A stretch of DNA of 63,545 nt, the filler included, from Thraustochytrium aureum (taxonomy: Eukaryota), in the NCBI GenBank assembly GCA_012862495.1. It is 8 parts of 5 records of this genome, joined end to end, with 100 filler letters (N's around TTAATTAATTAA, not from the genome) between each part and the next. Parts side by side here need not be neighbours in the genome. Positions count along the whole stretch, not along the records: positions 58,046 to 62,283 come from BLSG01000225.1; positions 62,384 to 63,545 come from BLSG01000238.1; 6 more parts are not named here. The stretch is one strand, 5' to 3'. The position numbers and the translations under genes are program-made. Below are positions 60,960 to 63,545 of this stretch, piece by piece. The notes below the pieces were generated by a model. That model worked only from the letters and a program-made list of their open reading frames with translations. It was not told the origin of the DNA and did not search any database. The stretch's first letter is position 1. The number at the start of each line of letters is the position of its first letter.

Positions 60960-62283
60960 ATGAGCGAAAAGAAGGAGAGCGGCGCCACGGGCGGGCTCTC
61001 CGTGATCACCGACCCCAAGGATGAGCGCAAGCGCGTCGCTCTCGTGACGTTCGCCGTCCTCGCCGGCGCGGCCTCGTACATCATCATGCTCTTCATTGCA
61101 ATGCCCATCTCAGTGCACCTGATCATCAACAGCGCAGATGGGTGCGACCCCAACGTCGACGTGGCCTGCTTTGCCCCTACGCAAAAGTCCCAGCAGCAAT
61201 ACACCCTGATCCTCACCCTGCTCCGCACGATGACCTTTGTCTTCGGCTCGCTGGTGGGCACCGTCTCCGACCGCTTCGGGCGGCGCCCGATGCTCATCCT
61301 GGCCCTCAGCGGGTACTGCGTCACCGCTGTGCTGTTCCTGCTGGGCTGGGTCACCAAGAGCGTGGCCATGTTCTTCTTGGGCGGCATGATTCTGGGCGCC
61401 AGCTCGCCAATCACGCCGCATGGGGTTGCCTACGTTTCAGATATTAGCAAGCCGGACCGCCTGCGGTGAACCTGGGCGTGCTCCAGGGCTGGGGTACTTT
61501 TTGGGCCTCATGACCGGCGCCATGATCAGTCTCGCCATCTCGATCGGCACGACCGGCCAGGAGGAGGAGCGCGGCGACGCCGGCGTCGAGGCTTACGACA
61601 AGCTCTTCTACTTTAGCTACGGCGCGGGCCTCGTGTTCTCGGCGTCGGCCGCGCTCGTCACCCTCTTCTTCCTGCCCGAGTCGCTGCACGCGGAGGAGAA
61701 GACCGACAAGGTGGACATTTACAAGGCCAACCCCTTTGGGTTTATCTACATCGTCAAGCGCAACCCTTACATCTTCTGCGTGTGGGTCTCCGCGTTCTTC
61801 GCCTGGATGGCCGTCGGCGCCTCGGAGGTCGTCACGGGCGGGTGGTGGCTCCGTCGCTACGTCATCAGCGACGTGCAGCGCTTCATCATCTACACCGTCA
61901 GCCTGTGGACTGCCTCCGGGTTTGGCGCCGTGATCATGACCAAGGTTTACGTCGCCATGGCCGGTGTCAAGGGGGCCATTCACATCAGCGCCATCTTCAC
62001 GATCGCTGTCGGCCTCGCCTTCGCGCTGGCGCCCACCGCGGAGCTCAGTTTCATCGCCGTCGGGATCAGCTTTCTCGCTGCCGCCGTCTACCCAACGCAG
62101 CTTGCCGTTCTCATGGGCCAGGTCGGCCCGCGCGAGAAGGGCGCGCTCGCCGGGGCCCTGCGTGGCTCGGAGGCGCTCGCCAAGCTGATCGGCATCCTGG
62201 CCTTTGGCACCCTCTTTGCCACCTACATCGAGAAGTTCCAGCCGGACGACTCGTGCGTGGGCGCCGGCTACAATGGCGCCGAC
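60960..62283 (+). CDS. MFS transporter, TetA/DHA1-like (frameshift at ~61465; 3' end truncated at linker)
   Basis: GTVSDRFGRRPML, AYVSDIS, LPESL, ANPF, EKGALAGA. Confidence 0.85.
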
Positions 62284-62820
62284 NNNNNNNNNNNNNNNNN
62301 NNNNNNNNNNNNNNNNNNNNNNNNNNNTTAATTAATTAANNNNNNNNNNNNNNNNNNNNNNNNNNNNNNNNNNNNNNNNNNNNCACAGCGAACGCGCGGC
62401 GCCCTTGCGCGCGGCTGAGAGGAGGCGCGAGCGGTCCAAAACCCCCCTCAGAGTCAGTGTCGATCGTTTCGCGCCTCAGGAGCGTGCGGCTGCAAGCGCT
62501 GCCCACCTCGAAGGGAGTGAGTAGAGTAGAGGAGGAGAGCAGGGCCTCGTGTTGGTTGGCCCTCACTCACATGCGTTTTCTTCCGGTAAAGCGCGCCTTG
62601 TGAGGGGCCCTCCGGACGTTGCCAGCTGCCCTCTGGCACGGGCTCCCGAGGAAAAGTCTTTCGCGCAGCTTCGTTTGTTTGTTGTTTGTTGAACTTTGTT
62701 CGTTCGTTTGCAGACGCCTCTCAGGAGGAGCGCTGGGGGGGCCAGCGAGGAAAGTTCTTCTCGGCTGGCCACGGACGAACAACGAGCTGCGCTTTGGAGG
62801 GAACAGAAGGAACGGGAGGA

Positions 62821-63545
62821 TCAGGCGGAGTCCAGGTCGGCGCTGCGGCGCGAGTCCTCGACGGCGTCGATGATGGCGCGCGTGAGCGACTGCGAATCGT
62901 CGATGATGCCGAAGACCTTCTCGGCCGGCTCCTCGGAGCGCACGCGGATGCCTGGCTGGCGCACCTTGAGCTTGACGATCCCGTCCGGGACCTCGTGGTA
63001 GTGCCGCTCGTAGCCGCAGCAGCGGCGGCAGAGCGAGACCCGTAAAAGTCGCCGCGGAACGGGTCTCGCCGCAGCGACTGGCACCGCACATAGTGCCAAA
63101 TGTCTGCGGAGGTGCGCGTGTAGGTTTCCACCTTGGGCTTCTCGTCCGCGTCGATGTCGAAGATGAGCGAGACGTCCACGTTGTCCTCAGTCACCACGTA
63201 TGGGATCACGTTGGGCGGCGCAAAGCCGCGCGTCAGCTTGTGGTACTTTGCCGGCATCTGGTCGCTCCACCTCGCGCGCGCGATGAGGACGTGGTCTTGG
63301 AAGACTGTCACTGTCGGCTCAGGGAGTTCGTGCAGCAGCTTGGGCGAGCAGCAGAGGCAGTCCAACACCTGCTCTGGGCCAGTGCGGTAACTGCGCATCG
63401 ACCATCGGTTGCAAATCGAGCACGGACCCTCGTTCCACTCGTGCACTAGCTCGTGGTAAGGCATCCGCCGCTTCAGGATGAGAATGTGCCGCTGCGAGGA
63501 TCGCTGCGTCTTCTTCATTCGCGCGCAAAAGTCCTCGAACGCAAT
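62821..63545 (-). CDS. Hypothetical protein, 5'-partial (frameshift at ~63035)
   Basis: Coding-like ORF 62721-63518 switching into ORF 62821-63099; several CxxC-like motifs. Confidence 0.5.

Noticed and set aside
28068..62339. Recurring TTAATTAATTAA as a biological motif, and gene adjacency across it
   Set aside because: Always embedded in fixed-length N runs, so it is an assembly linker. Neighbourhood across it was not interpreted.
2750..63040. Programmed ribosomal frameshifting or mass pseudogenisation
   Set aside because: Frame breaks hit many conserved genes (asd, GFM2, SLBP, ALKBH6, MFS) with no shared slippery motif, often at short runs. Indel sequencing errors are the simpler explanation.
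1..63545. Alternative genetic code
   Set aside because: TAA, TAG and TGA all appear as terminal stops of recognisable genes, and I saw no in-frame stops at conserved positions.

Overview
GC-rich, gene-dense eukaryotic DNA with few short GT-AG introns. A stramenopile-like protist, possibly a thraustochytrid, is my inference. The window is a draft pseudo-molecule: seven N-TTAATTAATTAA-N linkers join unrelated scaffolds, and many single-base frameshifts look like sequencing errors. Recognisable genes are Asd, mitochondrial EF-G2, histone stem-loop binding protein, a PhnP-like MBL hydrolase, a DHHC palmitoyltransferase, an ALKBH6-like dioxygenase, WD40 proteins (one PHIP/BRWD-like), ankyrin proteins, two MFS transporters, HSP20, an SLC35A nucleotide-sugar transporter, a Myb-like protein, a divergent ubiquitin E1-like protein, a WW+U-box E3 and an IPT/TIG-RCC1-coiled-coil protein. 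The most striking feature is a tandem array (11.6-22.7 kb) of five paralogous orphan 7-TM receptor-like genes with a 6-Cys EGF-like N-terminal domain, plus a decayed sixth copy. Also notable are the tightly linked WW-U-box/E1-like pair and an AT-rich 33-bp hairpin repeat array upstream of HSP20.
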